From IMG/VR virus record IMGVR_UViG_3300042268_000564: a stretch of DNA of 64,000 nucleotides; one strand, 5' to 3'. The translations under genes were made by a program, and so were the position numbers. The notes beneath the pieces are model-generated. The model saw only the letters and a list, made by a program, of their open reading frames with translations, made no database searches and was not told the DNA's origin. Each line of letters opens with the position of its first letter. The first letter of the stretch is position 1. Shown piece by piece: positions 19,444 to 28,243 of the stretch. The stretch is from a virus (taxonomy: Duplodnaviria; Caudoviricetes).

Positions 19444-20075
19444 CAGTAAGTAAAATTTTTTATAGATTTATAGAATCGCCGGATGGTGATGATTCAATTA
19501 AAGAAGTTGCAGCCCCTGAAGATAGCGTAATGTTTTCTCACTTATTGGAGCCAATTGAAAAGGGCAATTATAAAGTCGAATATTGGGCACTTGATGATTC
19601 AGGGAAAGAGTCTGATAAGAAATATGCAATTTTAAAAGTTGGTGCTAATGTGAGTCCGAAACCTTATAAGGGCGGATTGTTCACACCCAATGAGATTGGC
19701 GACGGTGTTACTCAGGTGTTTTTTAAGAATTGCAATATCACACTTGAGTTTAATCGAGACGTGACGGGGCTTGGCGTGTTTTTCGATTGGGCTAGTCTCA
19801 ATTTGCAGGATATAGTTGTGGAGCAGGACAGATTAGAGATTCCTGCGAATAGTTGGCTTTATAAACAAATGGTAGAGGCTAAATCATCTTTTTCTGCGAA
19901 ATTTTATTCATCTTGTAAAAAGAAACTTGTTGTAAAAAAACAGGGCGGCGAATTTGTAGCCATGAAGAATGGTTTAGTAAATCCTTTGGTGGCGGATATG
20001 ATTTCTGACTTGGCGGTAGACGGACGAACTACATCTTTTCGAGTTTTGAAGCCTGCTATATTTTTGATGAGATGA
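19440..20075 (+). CDS. Hypothetical structural protein starting with a partial Ig-like domain
   Basis: VSKIFYRF...GNYKVEYWALDDSGKES is the C-terminal part of an Ig-like fold. Confidence 0.55.
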   Translation: MTVSKIFYRFIESPDGDDSIKEVAAPEDSVMFSHLLEPIEKGNYKVEYWALDDSGKESDKKYAILKVGANVSPKPYKGGLFTPNEIGDGVTQVFFKNCNITLEFNRDVTGLGVFFDWASLNLQDIVVEQDRLEIPANSWLYKQMVEAKSSFSAKFYSSCKKKLVVKKQGGEFVAMKNGLVNPLVADMISDLAVDGRTTSFRVLKPAIFLMR

Positions 20076-20085
20076 GAGGTGTAAT

Positions 20086-21120
20086 ATGGCATTAGTTAAC
20101 GGGACTGAATATTTTTATTCGATTTACTTTTATGATGCAAGTGGGAATTACACTCGTCTCGACTCTTCGGCTATTCCTGAGTTAAATATCCCTGCGCCAG
20201 TGATGACATCATTAGTCTCGGGGGACAATCAATTGACTCTGACATGGGACAAGGTGGATTTATCGGGGAATGATGTGGACAGCTATAAAGTTTACTACGG
20301 ATTTGCTCCGGGAGACTACTCTTTTACGAAGTCGGTATTGTTGACTGATGCTGGCTTTGACCCTGAGAATCCATCAATTACGTTGACAGACAACATTTTT
20401 AATAATACGACTTATTGGGTGACTGTGTCTGCAACTTATGCCAGCAATGAGTCTGCTTATGCGGCGCCAGAACTTAGCGCAACGCCAGCATTGGTGTCAC
20501 TTGTGCCGCAGCCGCAGAATGTTTATGCTGTTGCGGGTGATGCAGCATTTAGAATCAAATGGGACAATGATGCGAGTGTTGATAAGTGGATAGTGATGTA
20601 TGATACCGCTACGCCGCCAATAACCAATGCAGTAGAAATATTGCCGGGGCAGGTTCAAATTGACCCCGGTGACGGGATGGCATATTTTGACGTTTTGCAT
20701 GTCGACGGGGTAACACCTGTAGTTAATGACACTTTGTATTTTGTCCGAATGTGGGCTGAGATAACTGGTGCTGCTGAACAAAGTCCGGGTTCTGAAATTG
20801 TTTCAGTATTCCCGCAAGAGGGTTTGGTTGGATTTGTTGACGGGCTTTATGCTTATTCGGTGCCGTATTATGAAAATATTGTCGGCGTTCCTCTGGCAAC
20901 AACAAGTATGGACACTCTGGACGCAATGACAACTACAATGCAGAGTCCTTATACAATCTATTATGACACGTCATTCAATACATACATCCCGGGACTTAGT
21001 CAGGGTGGCGACACAGTTGTTTCAGGCGCGACGGCTTATATTGTAGGAGCATCTGATTTGTCGGGTGAGGATATTATAGTGACTGGTGATGACTGGAGCA
21101 ATGACATTACAAGTTTGTAA
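20086..21120 (+). CDS. Fibronectin type III repeat structural protein
   Basis: Two Fn3 domains (GDNQLTLTW..YKVYY..YWVTVSA; GDAAFRIKW..YFVRMWA), preceded by an orphan LVNGTEYFYSIYFYDASGNY segment. Confidence 0.75.
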   Translation: MALVNGTEYFYSIYFYDASGNYTRLDSSAIPELNIPAPVMTSLVSGDNQLTLTWDKVDLSGNDVDSYKVYYGFAPGDYSFTKSVLLTDAGFDPENPSITLTDNIFNNTTYWVTVSATYASNESAYAAPELSATPALVSLVPQPQNVYAVAGDAAFRIKWDNDASVDKWIVMYDTATPPITNAVEILPGQVQIDPGDGMAYFDVLHVDGVTPVVNDTLYFVRMWAEITGAAEQSPGSEIVSVFPQEGLVGFVDGLYAYSVPYYENIVGVPLATTSMDTLDAMTTTMQSPYTIYYDTSFNTYIPGLSQGGDTVVSGATAYIVGASDLSGEDIIVTGDDWSNDITSL

Positions 21121-21135
21121 GATAAGGGGAGAATT

Positions 21136-22272
21136 ATGGCGATTGTAAGAAATGTAATAGCCAAAGCAGGCTATCATAAAGTGGGTGTTGCATGGTTAGC
21201 CCCATTAGATGTGTTTGACCATGTCCGTGTATTGTATAAATTGGGCAGTGCGCCAGCAAATGATACTGATGGGACTTATGTAGATTATTCAATCGGCGAC
21301 CCTGAAATAAGTGTTGATTTCGGCGACTCTTTAGGACTTGGTGGCTATTTTCAATATGAAAGTTCTGATGTCGCTACACCTGTTTATTTCCAAATTTATA
21401 CTTATGCTACACCGGATGACCCTGCGCCTGAAATGGTTCAAAAAACTGCGGCACCGGGCGCTGGCGGACTAAAGATAAGTCCTTATGCGGGGACTTTGCA
21501 AGACCAAACAGGTGTACCAATTGTTGTAGGAACTGATACATGGCTTGTTAAAGCGGTGAATGCTCGTTTGAATCCATTGGTTAGCCCCGGCGATTTGTTT
21601 TATGAGCTGGAGTCTAATGCGATTACAGACGAGAATTTTGTCATTGATTCTTTGAATAATGGAATTAGTGTTGTGACGGATTACGCTGACGACCTTTTGT
21701 GGCATGATGACACAATCGTATTTGAAGTTTGGAAGAATGGCAGTAAACTTTATCAATCATCCAAAAAAATTAATCTGTATCAAGCGACTCACTCTTATAC
21801 GCAGTTCCCGGGTGGCACTGGCGACCCAGACCTTCTTTCACAGTTGATATTGCAGGCTCCTGCGAATCAGCTTCCGTTGGCACCTGACATTGTTGCAGGA
21901 CAGGATACAAGCACGACTGATTTGACGCCAACTGTTATGTGGTATCACAGGGCGGATATTGATAATGTAAATAATGAAATTCATTATGCAGTAGAGTATG
22001 CCACTGCACAGACATTGGTTGGCGGAAGTATGCAGGTTGATGATACTCATGCATCTTATCGGGCATTTCTTTCAATTGACAACCCAGAATATTTTGAATA
22101 TTCAACCGATGGCGGTTCTACTTGGACATCATTTACAACTCTTGCGGGGGCAGGTTTGGTTTTGGCAGAGGATAGTCAGAATCAAGTTCGTTGCACAGTG
22201 CCTGCTGCGAGTGAATTGAGTGTGGGACAATGGTATTGGCAAGTGCGTGCGACTGACAAGACTCTTGCCTAA
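21136..22272 (+). CDS. Fn3/Ig-like domain structural protein
   Basis: N-term VGVAW..VRVLYK..PANDTDG; C-term TPTVMW..IHYAVE..WYWQVRATD then stop. Confidence 0.65.
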   Translation: MAIVRNVIAKAGYHKVGVAWLAPLDVFDHVRVLYKLGSAPANDTDGTYVDYSIGDPEISVDFGDSLGLGGYFQYESSDVATPVYFQIYTYATPDDPAPEMVQKTAAPGAGGLKISPYAGTLQDQTGVPIVVGTDTWLVKAVNARLNPLVSPGDLFYELESNAITDENFVIDSLNNGISVVTDYADDLLWHDDTIVFEVWKNGSKLYQSSKKINLYQATHSYTQFPGGTGDPDLLSQLILQAPANQLPLAPDIVAGQDTSTTDLTPTVMWYHRADIDNVNNEIHYAVEYATAQTLVGGSMQVDDTHASYRAFLSIDNPEYFEYSTDGGSTWTSFTTLAGAGLVLAEDSQNQVRCTVPAASELSVGQWYWQVRATDKTLA

Positions 22273-22294
22273 TTAAGTATAAAGGAGCGAGGTA

Positions 22295-22567
22295 ATGGCA
22301 ACCCCTAAACCACCTGTCTTGGTTACACCTGCGGACGCAATGATTACGGTCGACACGTCGCCTGTTTTTCGCTGGCAAGTGCCGGAAGGTGAAGAGGGTG
22401 CTCGGTATGATTTTCTATTGGAAATTGCCGAGGACAGGGACTTTACTAAGAATGTTAGACGATTCAACTCATTTGAGAGCAAAGAAGGATTTTCGTTTAA
22501 CACGCCAAGAGAAGCAAATTCGGGAGAAATAGTGTCCTTCGTATTGCCGGAGCCTTTAGTGACTTAA
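22295..22567 (+). CDS. Small stand-alone, C-terminally incomplete Fn3/Ig-like domain
   Basis: GAGG RBS; PVLVTPAD..PVFRWQVP..EGFSFNTP aligns with domains of 28244 and 30927 but stops before the YYWRV strand. Confidence 0.65.
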   Translation: MATPKPPVLVTPADAMITVDTSPVFRWQVPEGEEGARYDFLLEIAEDRDFTKNVRRFNSFESKEGFSFNTPREANSGEIVSFVLPEPLVT

Positions 22568-22597
22568 TTATTTGACCATTGTTTTATATAAAGGAAT

Positions 22598-22624
22598 GCA
22601 GGACAGTTGAGCGTCCTGCTTTTT
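22598..22624 (+). terminator. Rho-independent terminator
   Basis: GCAGGAC-8 nt loop-GTCCTGC followed by TTTTT. Confidence 0.7.
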
Positions 22625-22681
22625 CCTTTTTTAGTTTGTTCGGTAGGTAATATAAAAGAAATTAACCGGAAGGAAAAAGTT

Positions 22682-23161
22682 ATGGAATTAATGACTATCG
22701 AACAGATTAATATGAAAAATAATATCATTTTTACGAAAATACACCCGAAAGCGAAGATGCCAAAAAAGGCAACTGATGGTGCTTGTGCATATGACCTTTA
22801 TGCAGTAGAAGATGTTGTTCTTGAGCCAATGGACGTGACGCTTGTAAAGACAGGAATCAAAGGTAAAGTTCCTGAAAATTTTGAAGTTCAAGTTCGTTCC
22901 AGAAGTGGACTGTCTTTGAAAAAAGTTTTTGTTTTGAACTCGCCGGGGACCATTGACGAAGATTACTTGGGTGAATGGGGAGTTATTTTGTTCAACATCG
23001 GCAAAGAGCCTTTTAAAGTTGAAGCAGGTATGCGCATTGCTCAAGCAAAAATTTCTGCATGTGTAAAAGGAGTGAATTTTGTTGAAGTTGCGCAAGATGA
23101 ATTTGCCAAAATAACTACCGCAAGAGGTGAGGGTGGCTTTAATAGCACGGGCTTGAAATAA
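22682..23161 (+). CDS. dut: Trimeric dUTPase
   Basis: AYDL, RSRSGL, NSPGTIDEDYLGE, RIAQ and RGEGGFNSTG motifs. The ATG at 22682 follows GGAAGGA. Confidence 0.95.
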   Translation: MELMTIEQINMKNNIIFTKIHPKAKMPKKATDGACAYDLYAVEDVVLEPMDVTLVKTGIKGKVPENFEVQVRSRSGLSLKKVFVLNSPGTIDEDYLGEWGVILFNIGKEPFKVEAGMRIAQAKISACVKGVNFVEVAQDEFAKITTARGEGGFNSTGLK

Positions 23162-23184
23162 AAGCCTTGTCAGAAGGTAATATG

Positions 23185-23218
23185 AATAAGAGGGGCACAA
23201 AATCCCCTCTTATTTTTT
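23185..23218 (+). terminator. Rho-independent terminator after dut
   Basis: AATAAGAGGGG-CACAAAAT-CCCCTCTTATT followed by TTTT. Confidence 0.8.
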
Positions 23219-23256
23219 ATCAAAGAAAGAAACTATTAAACAGGGTAGATATATAA

Positions 23257-24099
23257 ATGGGGGCAGCAGCGATGTTTAAAGATTTTTTAAATGCGCTTGT
23301 AAATAAATTCAGGTTTAACAAGCAGCAGGGGCAAAAAAAGATTCTTGGTCGTAAACTGGAAGATGATTTTTATATCACAGTTGAAGGCATACCAACTCTT
23401 GAACTTGAGCGCAACGGCGTCGTGATTGCTCGTTCAACTTCACACAATATTGTAACTCAAAGAGCGTCCGTGCTTGTACAGAAACTTTTGATGATGCAGG
23501 CTGATACTTATGGAATTACACATATTGCTCTTGGAATCGGTGACCCTCATGGCTTGATTCCAGACAATTTGAATGATGGACAGCCTTGGCTATGTAATAG
23601 ACCGCCAGCAGCTCCACCACAAGGTGGACGCATAGACCCCACAACTGGTCGTCCTATTCTTGTGAATGAGATAGCAAGAAAGAAAATTGATAGCAGACAT
23701 TATCTCAACGAAGATTATTCAATCTCGCAAACAATCCTTCAGACAGGCGAAGCTGTTTCATTGCCGACTCATATTGGTGAATATAAGGCTCTCTTTCTTG
23801 AGCACGAAGGCAACGGCCCAATTATGGAATTTGGATTAGTCGGCGGCGATGTGTTTCCTAATGATGTTGATTATATTCCCTCTTATCAAACAGATGAGCG
23901 TGGGGTATTGTTGGAAGATGTAAATGGGCATTTTATCCCGATAGATGACCCTGCATCTGTGAGACTGATAAACCCCGGCGATTTAACAACTTATAAAACT
24001 CATAAGCTTTTTTACAAGACAAGTGAGGATAGATTGCGAGTTTCTTACATTTTAAAGATGTCACTCAATAATGCAGACCCTGAGCCAGCGGCAGATTAA
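23257..24099 (+). CDS. Tail-collar/fibre attachment-type structural protein
   Basis: HNIVT..ITHIALGIGD..LVNEIARK..EGNGPIMEFGL..YKT pattern, typical of tail-collar-like proteins of large myoviruses. Confidence 0.65.
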   Translation: MGAAAMFKDFLNALVNKFRFNKQQGQKKILGRKLEDDFYITVEGIPTLELERNGVVIARSTSHNIVTQRASVLVQKLLMMQADTYGITHIALGIGDPHGLIPDNLNDGQPWLCNRPPAAPPQGGRIDPTTGRPILVNEIARKKIDSRHYLNEDYSISQTILQTGEAVSLPTHIGEYKALFLEHEGNGPIMEFGLVGGDVFPNDVDYIPSYQTDERGVLLEDVNGHFIPIDDPASVRLINPGDLTTYKTHKLFYKTSEDRLRVSYILKMSLNNADPEPAAD

Positions 24100-24112
24100 T
24101 GGAGGCTGGTAA

Positions 24113-27100
24113 ATGACAAAGACAATCTCATCATATATATATTCAGATGCGTCAATAGTTCAGCCTTTGCAGGTAAATGCGCAGTTGGGGAAAGTAATTG
24201 GTGGTTATCAATATTCTGACCCAAGCATAATTCAGCCGTTAGAAGAAATAGGTGAAATTCCAACTGTTGAGCTTGTCGGCGGACTTTCTACTGTTTATCA
24301 AAATATCAGGTCTATTTCGGCAGTGATAAGAGTTTATGACTCTCTGACAGGGAATGATTTGCCTGATGTTAATGATGTTTTTGAATATAGTTTGGTAAGA
24401 TTTGGCGAAGCTGACTCTTGGCAGATAAATACTGATGAGAATATTCAAGTATTAAATCCAGACAATACAGTTGCTGCTGGCATGATGGAAGGTCACTTTG
24501 TTTTAAAAGTAAGAGTGACCAGAGATGGAAGTTATATTGCACCGGGTGTCCTGTCAAAAGAATTTTTTGTGGATGAAGTTGACCCGGTTGTAAGTATAAC
24601 GCCTGCGGCAGGCAGTTATTCATCTACAACTCAGATAGAATTGAGTGTGGTGGATTATACTGCGGCGACGATTTATTACACTACAGACGGGAGCGAGCCA
24701 ACTACTTCCAGCAACGCATATGTTTCTGCGATTGGAATGATGAATGCAGAAATCCGTTATATGGCAGTTGACGCTGCTGGGAATCAGAGTGCTACACAGA
24801 CAGCATCTTACTCTATAGATGATATTGCGCCTTTGATTACCGTATTGCCAGACGATACGCTTTTAAGTCTCGGCGAGGTGTGTAATGTTACTTGGCATGT
24901 TAATGAATATTGCGATACTGTTATTTTTGAACTCGGTGGTGACGGACTTAATATTGGTACCGGAACTGAATTGTTTGAATATACAAATGTAGTGGCGAAC
25001 GACCCTCGCATTACTACTATAAGCTCATTGCAATTACCAAATGGTGATTCAGAAATCAATGCCTATGCTGTTGATATTGCTGGAAATTGGGGACATGCAG
25101 GCTTTTCCATTACTTACAGCTCTCTTGTTCCTACGATTACAATATATGAAGTTTTTAGACCCGCTCTGGCTGCTGACGAAGACGGCGTTATTATTTGGTC
25201 GTCTGATTATGCAGGTGATTATGAAATCAGAGTTGGCGGTGCGAACCCCGGCGAAGGCACGCTTGTAGAAGATGGTGTTATTGCTGCGCACGAAATAAAA
25301 GAAAGTCAGGTTTTAAACTCGACTCTCGTAGCAAATGCTGACAATCAGATTAGAGTTTATGTTACTACGTCAGTAGGCAATACAGGCACGAATTCGTCAG
25401 TTAGAATGACTGTGGACTCAGAAGCACCTACCACTGTAATAAACCATTACGGCAGTGAAAGCCCATTCTCGGCACCTTTCGTGCTATCTATCACTGCGAG
25501 CGATAATGTTGTTGTAGGGATTCCTACAAATTTTGGTGAGAGTGTAGATGTAGAACCGCTTAATTATAATTTTAATGGCATGAGTCTCCAGACAGAGTGG
25601 AACTCAGGTGGCTATCAATATTCTGACCCAAGCTTATTGCAGAGTCTAAATGTTCAATTGCCTATAATCATAAGCAATGTGACAGCAATGGCTACCGTGA
25701 CCACTGCAACGGTTACTTGGGACACAAATAGAAATACAAACTCAGCTCTGTACTATGGATTGCAACCAGATTTGTCAGATGCAACCATTGAAAGTGACTC
25801 GTCCCTTGTTACTGCTCATTCTATTGGCATAACGGGGTTGACAGCCGATACGCAATATTTTTATAAAGTTGTTTCGGGAAGTGATGGCTATTTTGAAGAG
25901 TCCGCTATCCTGAGTTTTACTACAGCTACTGTCATAGATAGTGTTCCGCCAACAATTTCTAATGTAGTTGCTTCAGCAATAAGTGCGACTGAAATATTAG
26001 TTACTTGGGATACTGACGAGCAAGCAACTTCTGCTGTAATGTATGGACAACAATCAGATTTGTCTGATGGCGTTATGACAGCCATGACAGACCTTGGCGG
26101 GGTATTTTCACATTCCGTATTGTTGACTGGCTTACTGGCCAATACTGAATATTTTGTAAGGGTTTACAGTAAAGACAGGTCGACAAATGAGAACGAATCT
26201 TCTAGTGCTATTTTTAGTGCTACAACTTGGGATAGTTCTGCTCCTGTTATTTCGAATGTGACCATAGATGTATATAAAACTATTGCAGTGGTAAGATGGG
26301 AAACTGATGAGCCAAGCGTAGGGCATGTTGATTATGGCATTAATAATAGCTACGGCTTAACTGCGAATGAATTAAATGCAGGTTTGAAAACACAGCATGA
26401 AGTTATCTTACAGTCTTTAACGCCTGACAGGCTTTATCACTACAATGTTGTTGCTGAGGATTCTTATGGGAATCAGACGGCTGTTTTTGACAGAGAATTT
26501 ACAACTTTTGCCAATAGAGACGACAGAGTTGTAATTTATGCGACAACTGATGGAACTACACCGACTACATCGCATTATGGATATCGAGCGATAGGGCTTC
26601 CATTGAATATCACTGTTAATGGTGACACTATTGTCAAGTATTTTGCGGCTGATGGGTTCGGGAATCACCAAGCAGTTCAAACTGAGAATTACGCATTTGA
26701 CATTTCTGTTCCTGTAATTACGTTCGACAGCATGACACCTATTCTTTTGGGTGGCGGTCAAACATCTATTATTCGCTTCAAGGTGAGCGAGGTAACTGAT
26801 TATGAAATCCTCAATCAAGATGATACGATTCTTGCAAGTGGGGTTTCTGGCATTGATGCGTGGATAGATGCATCTGTTTCGTCAGATGACATGGTAGAAG
26901 GTTATAACCATATAACCATTAGAGCAACTGACACGTTTAATTACACAGCAGAACTTCAGATAGGGCATATAATTAAAGACACAATTCCAGCAGAGGTTGT
27001 GGCTATGCCACCTGCGGGTTATTTCAAGGAAGATGTGTTCATCGATTTGTTGCCACAAAATTTGCGCACTGGCGAACAAGTTACAATTTATTATACAACA

Positions 27101-28231
27101 GATGGCACAATGCCTGATTTGACATCACCGTCGGCAATCGGACAGGTTAATGATATTCAAATTTCTGATACAGCAACAATCAGATGGTTTTCTGTAGACG
27201 AAGTTGGGAATATCGAACCTACAAAGTATGCACATTATGTAATTGACAGAATCAAGCCAACGGTTTCAGCATCACCATTGCCGGGAACTTATGACGAAGT
27301 TCTTTATGTGACGTTAACGCCTTCAGAACAGGCTTTGATTTACTACACTGTTAATGGCAGCATTCCTACTGAAGGTTCTGCTATCTATACAGCTCCGATT
27401 CAGATATTGCGAGACACAACAATTCGTTGTTTTGCAAAAGATTTGGCGGGGAATATTAGTGACCAAATTTACACTTTTGAATATCGAATACAGGTGCTTC
27501 ATGACAAGAAATTCAAAAAGGTTATTGGGTTCCAAGATAAATTTTTGCTGGAAACAGAAATTAATGAAATGCAGGACAATCTCAATCGCCGTATAGAAGA
27601 ACTCACTGGTGATGTGGTAGGTGGTGCCTGCGCTGCATACGGTTTCGATTTAACTTTGTCTGATTATACATTTGAGTTCTTTGTTGGCAAAGGTAGAGCT
27701 TATGTTGCGGGGAAATTTATCAGTATTGTTCGTGGCGACCAAGATTTCATACCTAAGCCGCAGCAGGGTGAGAATGATAAAACCTATCATATTGTTTTAA
27801 GACCTCATGAGCCAATATATCGACCATTAATGCCGGGACAGCCGGGATGGGAAACTGGTGTTCCAGAGATAACATCCTATCGTCTTGAAGAAAGCTATGT
27901 GCTTGAGATTGTGGAAGATTTGCCAGATGTTCCTCATTTGGAACTTTATGAAATTTTCAGACCAATGACTGCAACAAGAGCGGCTGACTGTACTATAGTA
28001 GAAAAGATTCATCGTTTTGAATCCTTATGTGAATTTCAGTCGAGAATAAATCAAACTGTTTCTGAGATGCAGGCAAATTTCTTGGCATTAGGTTTAGAAA
28101 TTGAGTCTTACAAAGTAAGAAATTTGTTAGGGTTAAAAAATGCGTTTGTTGATACGTTTGAGTCTGTCAGTGATGTGGACATGAGTAAATCAACGGGGTT
28201 CAGATATAAAAATACGAGATTTGAATTGTAA
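24113..28231 (+). CDS. 1372-aa multi-domain tail protein: four chitobiase-C-terminal-like Ig domains, three Fn3 domains, C-terminal tail-attachment-type domain
   Basis: IYYTTDGSEPT, IYATTDGTTPT, IYYTTDGTMPD, IYYTVNGSIPT; three (V/T)WxT units; C-term KKFKKV..EINEMQD is paralogous to the N-terminus of 35927. Confidence 0.75.
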   Translation: MTKTISSYIYSDASIVQPLQVNAQLGKVIGGYQYSDPSIIQPLEEIGEIPTVELVGGLSTVYQNIRSISAVIRVYDSLTGNDLPDVNDVFEYSLVRFGEADSWQINTDENIQVLNPDNTVAAGMMEGHFVLKVRVTRDGSYIAPGVLSKEFFVDEVDPVVSITPAAGSYSSTTQIELSVVDYTAATIYYTTDGSEPTTSSNAYVSAIGMMNAEIRYMAVDAAGNQSATQTASYSIDDIAPLITVLPDDTLLSLGEVCNVTWHVNEYCDTVIFELGGDGLNIGTGTELFEYTNVVANDPRITTISSLQLPNGDSEINAYAVDIAGNWGHAGFSITYSSLVPTITIYEVFRPALAADEDGVIIWSSDYAGDYEIRVGGANPGEGTLVEDGVIAAHEIKESQVLNSTLVANADNQIRVYVTTSVGNTGTNSSVRMTVDSEAPTTVINHYGSESPFSAPFVLSITASDNVVVGIPTNFGESVDVEPLNYNFNGMSLQTEWNSGGYQYSDPSLLQSLNVQLPIIISNVTAMATVTTATVTWDTNRNTNSALYYGLQPDLSDATIESDSSLVTAHSIGITGLTADTQYFYKVVSGSDGYFEESAILSFTTATVIDSVPPTISNVVASAISATEILVTWDTDEQATSAVMYGQQSDLSDGVMTAMTDLGGVFSHSVLLTGLLANTEYFVRVYSKDRSTNENESSSAIFSATTWDSSAPVISNVTIDVYKTIAVVRWETDEPSVGHVDYGINNSYGLTANELNAGLKTQHEVILQSLTPDRLYHYNVVAEDSYGNQTAVFDREFTTFANRDDRVVIYATTDGTTPTTSHYGYRAIGLPLNITVNGDTIVKYFAADGFGNHQAVQTENYAFDISVPVITFDSMTPILLGGGQTSIIRFKVSEVTDYEILNQDDTILASGVSGIDAWIDASVSSDDMVEGYNHITIRATDTFNYTAELQIGHIIKDTIPAEVVAMPPAGYFKEDVFIDLLPQNLRTGEQVTIYYTTDGTMPDLTSPSAIGQVNDIQISDTATIRWFSVDEVGNIEPTKYAHYVIDRIKPTVSASPLPGTYDEVLYVTLTPSEQALIYYTVNGSIPTEGSAIYTAPIQILRDTTIRCFAKDLAGNISDQIYTFEYRIQVLHDKKFKKVIGFQDKFLLETEINEMQDNLNRRIEELTGDVVGGACAAYGFDLTLSDYTFEFFVGKGRAYVAGKFISIVRGDQDFIPKPQQGENDKTYHIVLRPHEPIYRPLMPGQPGWETGVPEITSYRLEESYVLEIVEDLPDVPHLELYEIFRPMTATRAADCTIVEKIHRFESLCEFQSRINQTVSEMQANFLALGLEIESYKVRNLLGLKNAFVDTFESVSDVDMSKSTGFRYKNTRFEL
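24140..25654 (+). repeat. Three dispersed YSD(A/P)SxxQxL peptide repeats (starting at 24140, 24212, 25619)
   Basis: GGTGG(T/C)TATCAATATTCTGACCCAAGC occurs at 24200 and 25607. Confidence 0.8.
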
Positions 28232-28243
28232 GGGGTTGGCAAC

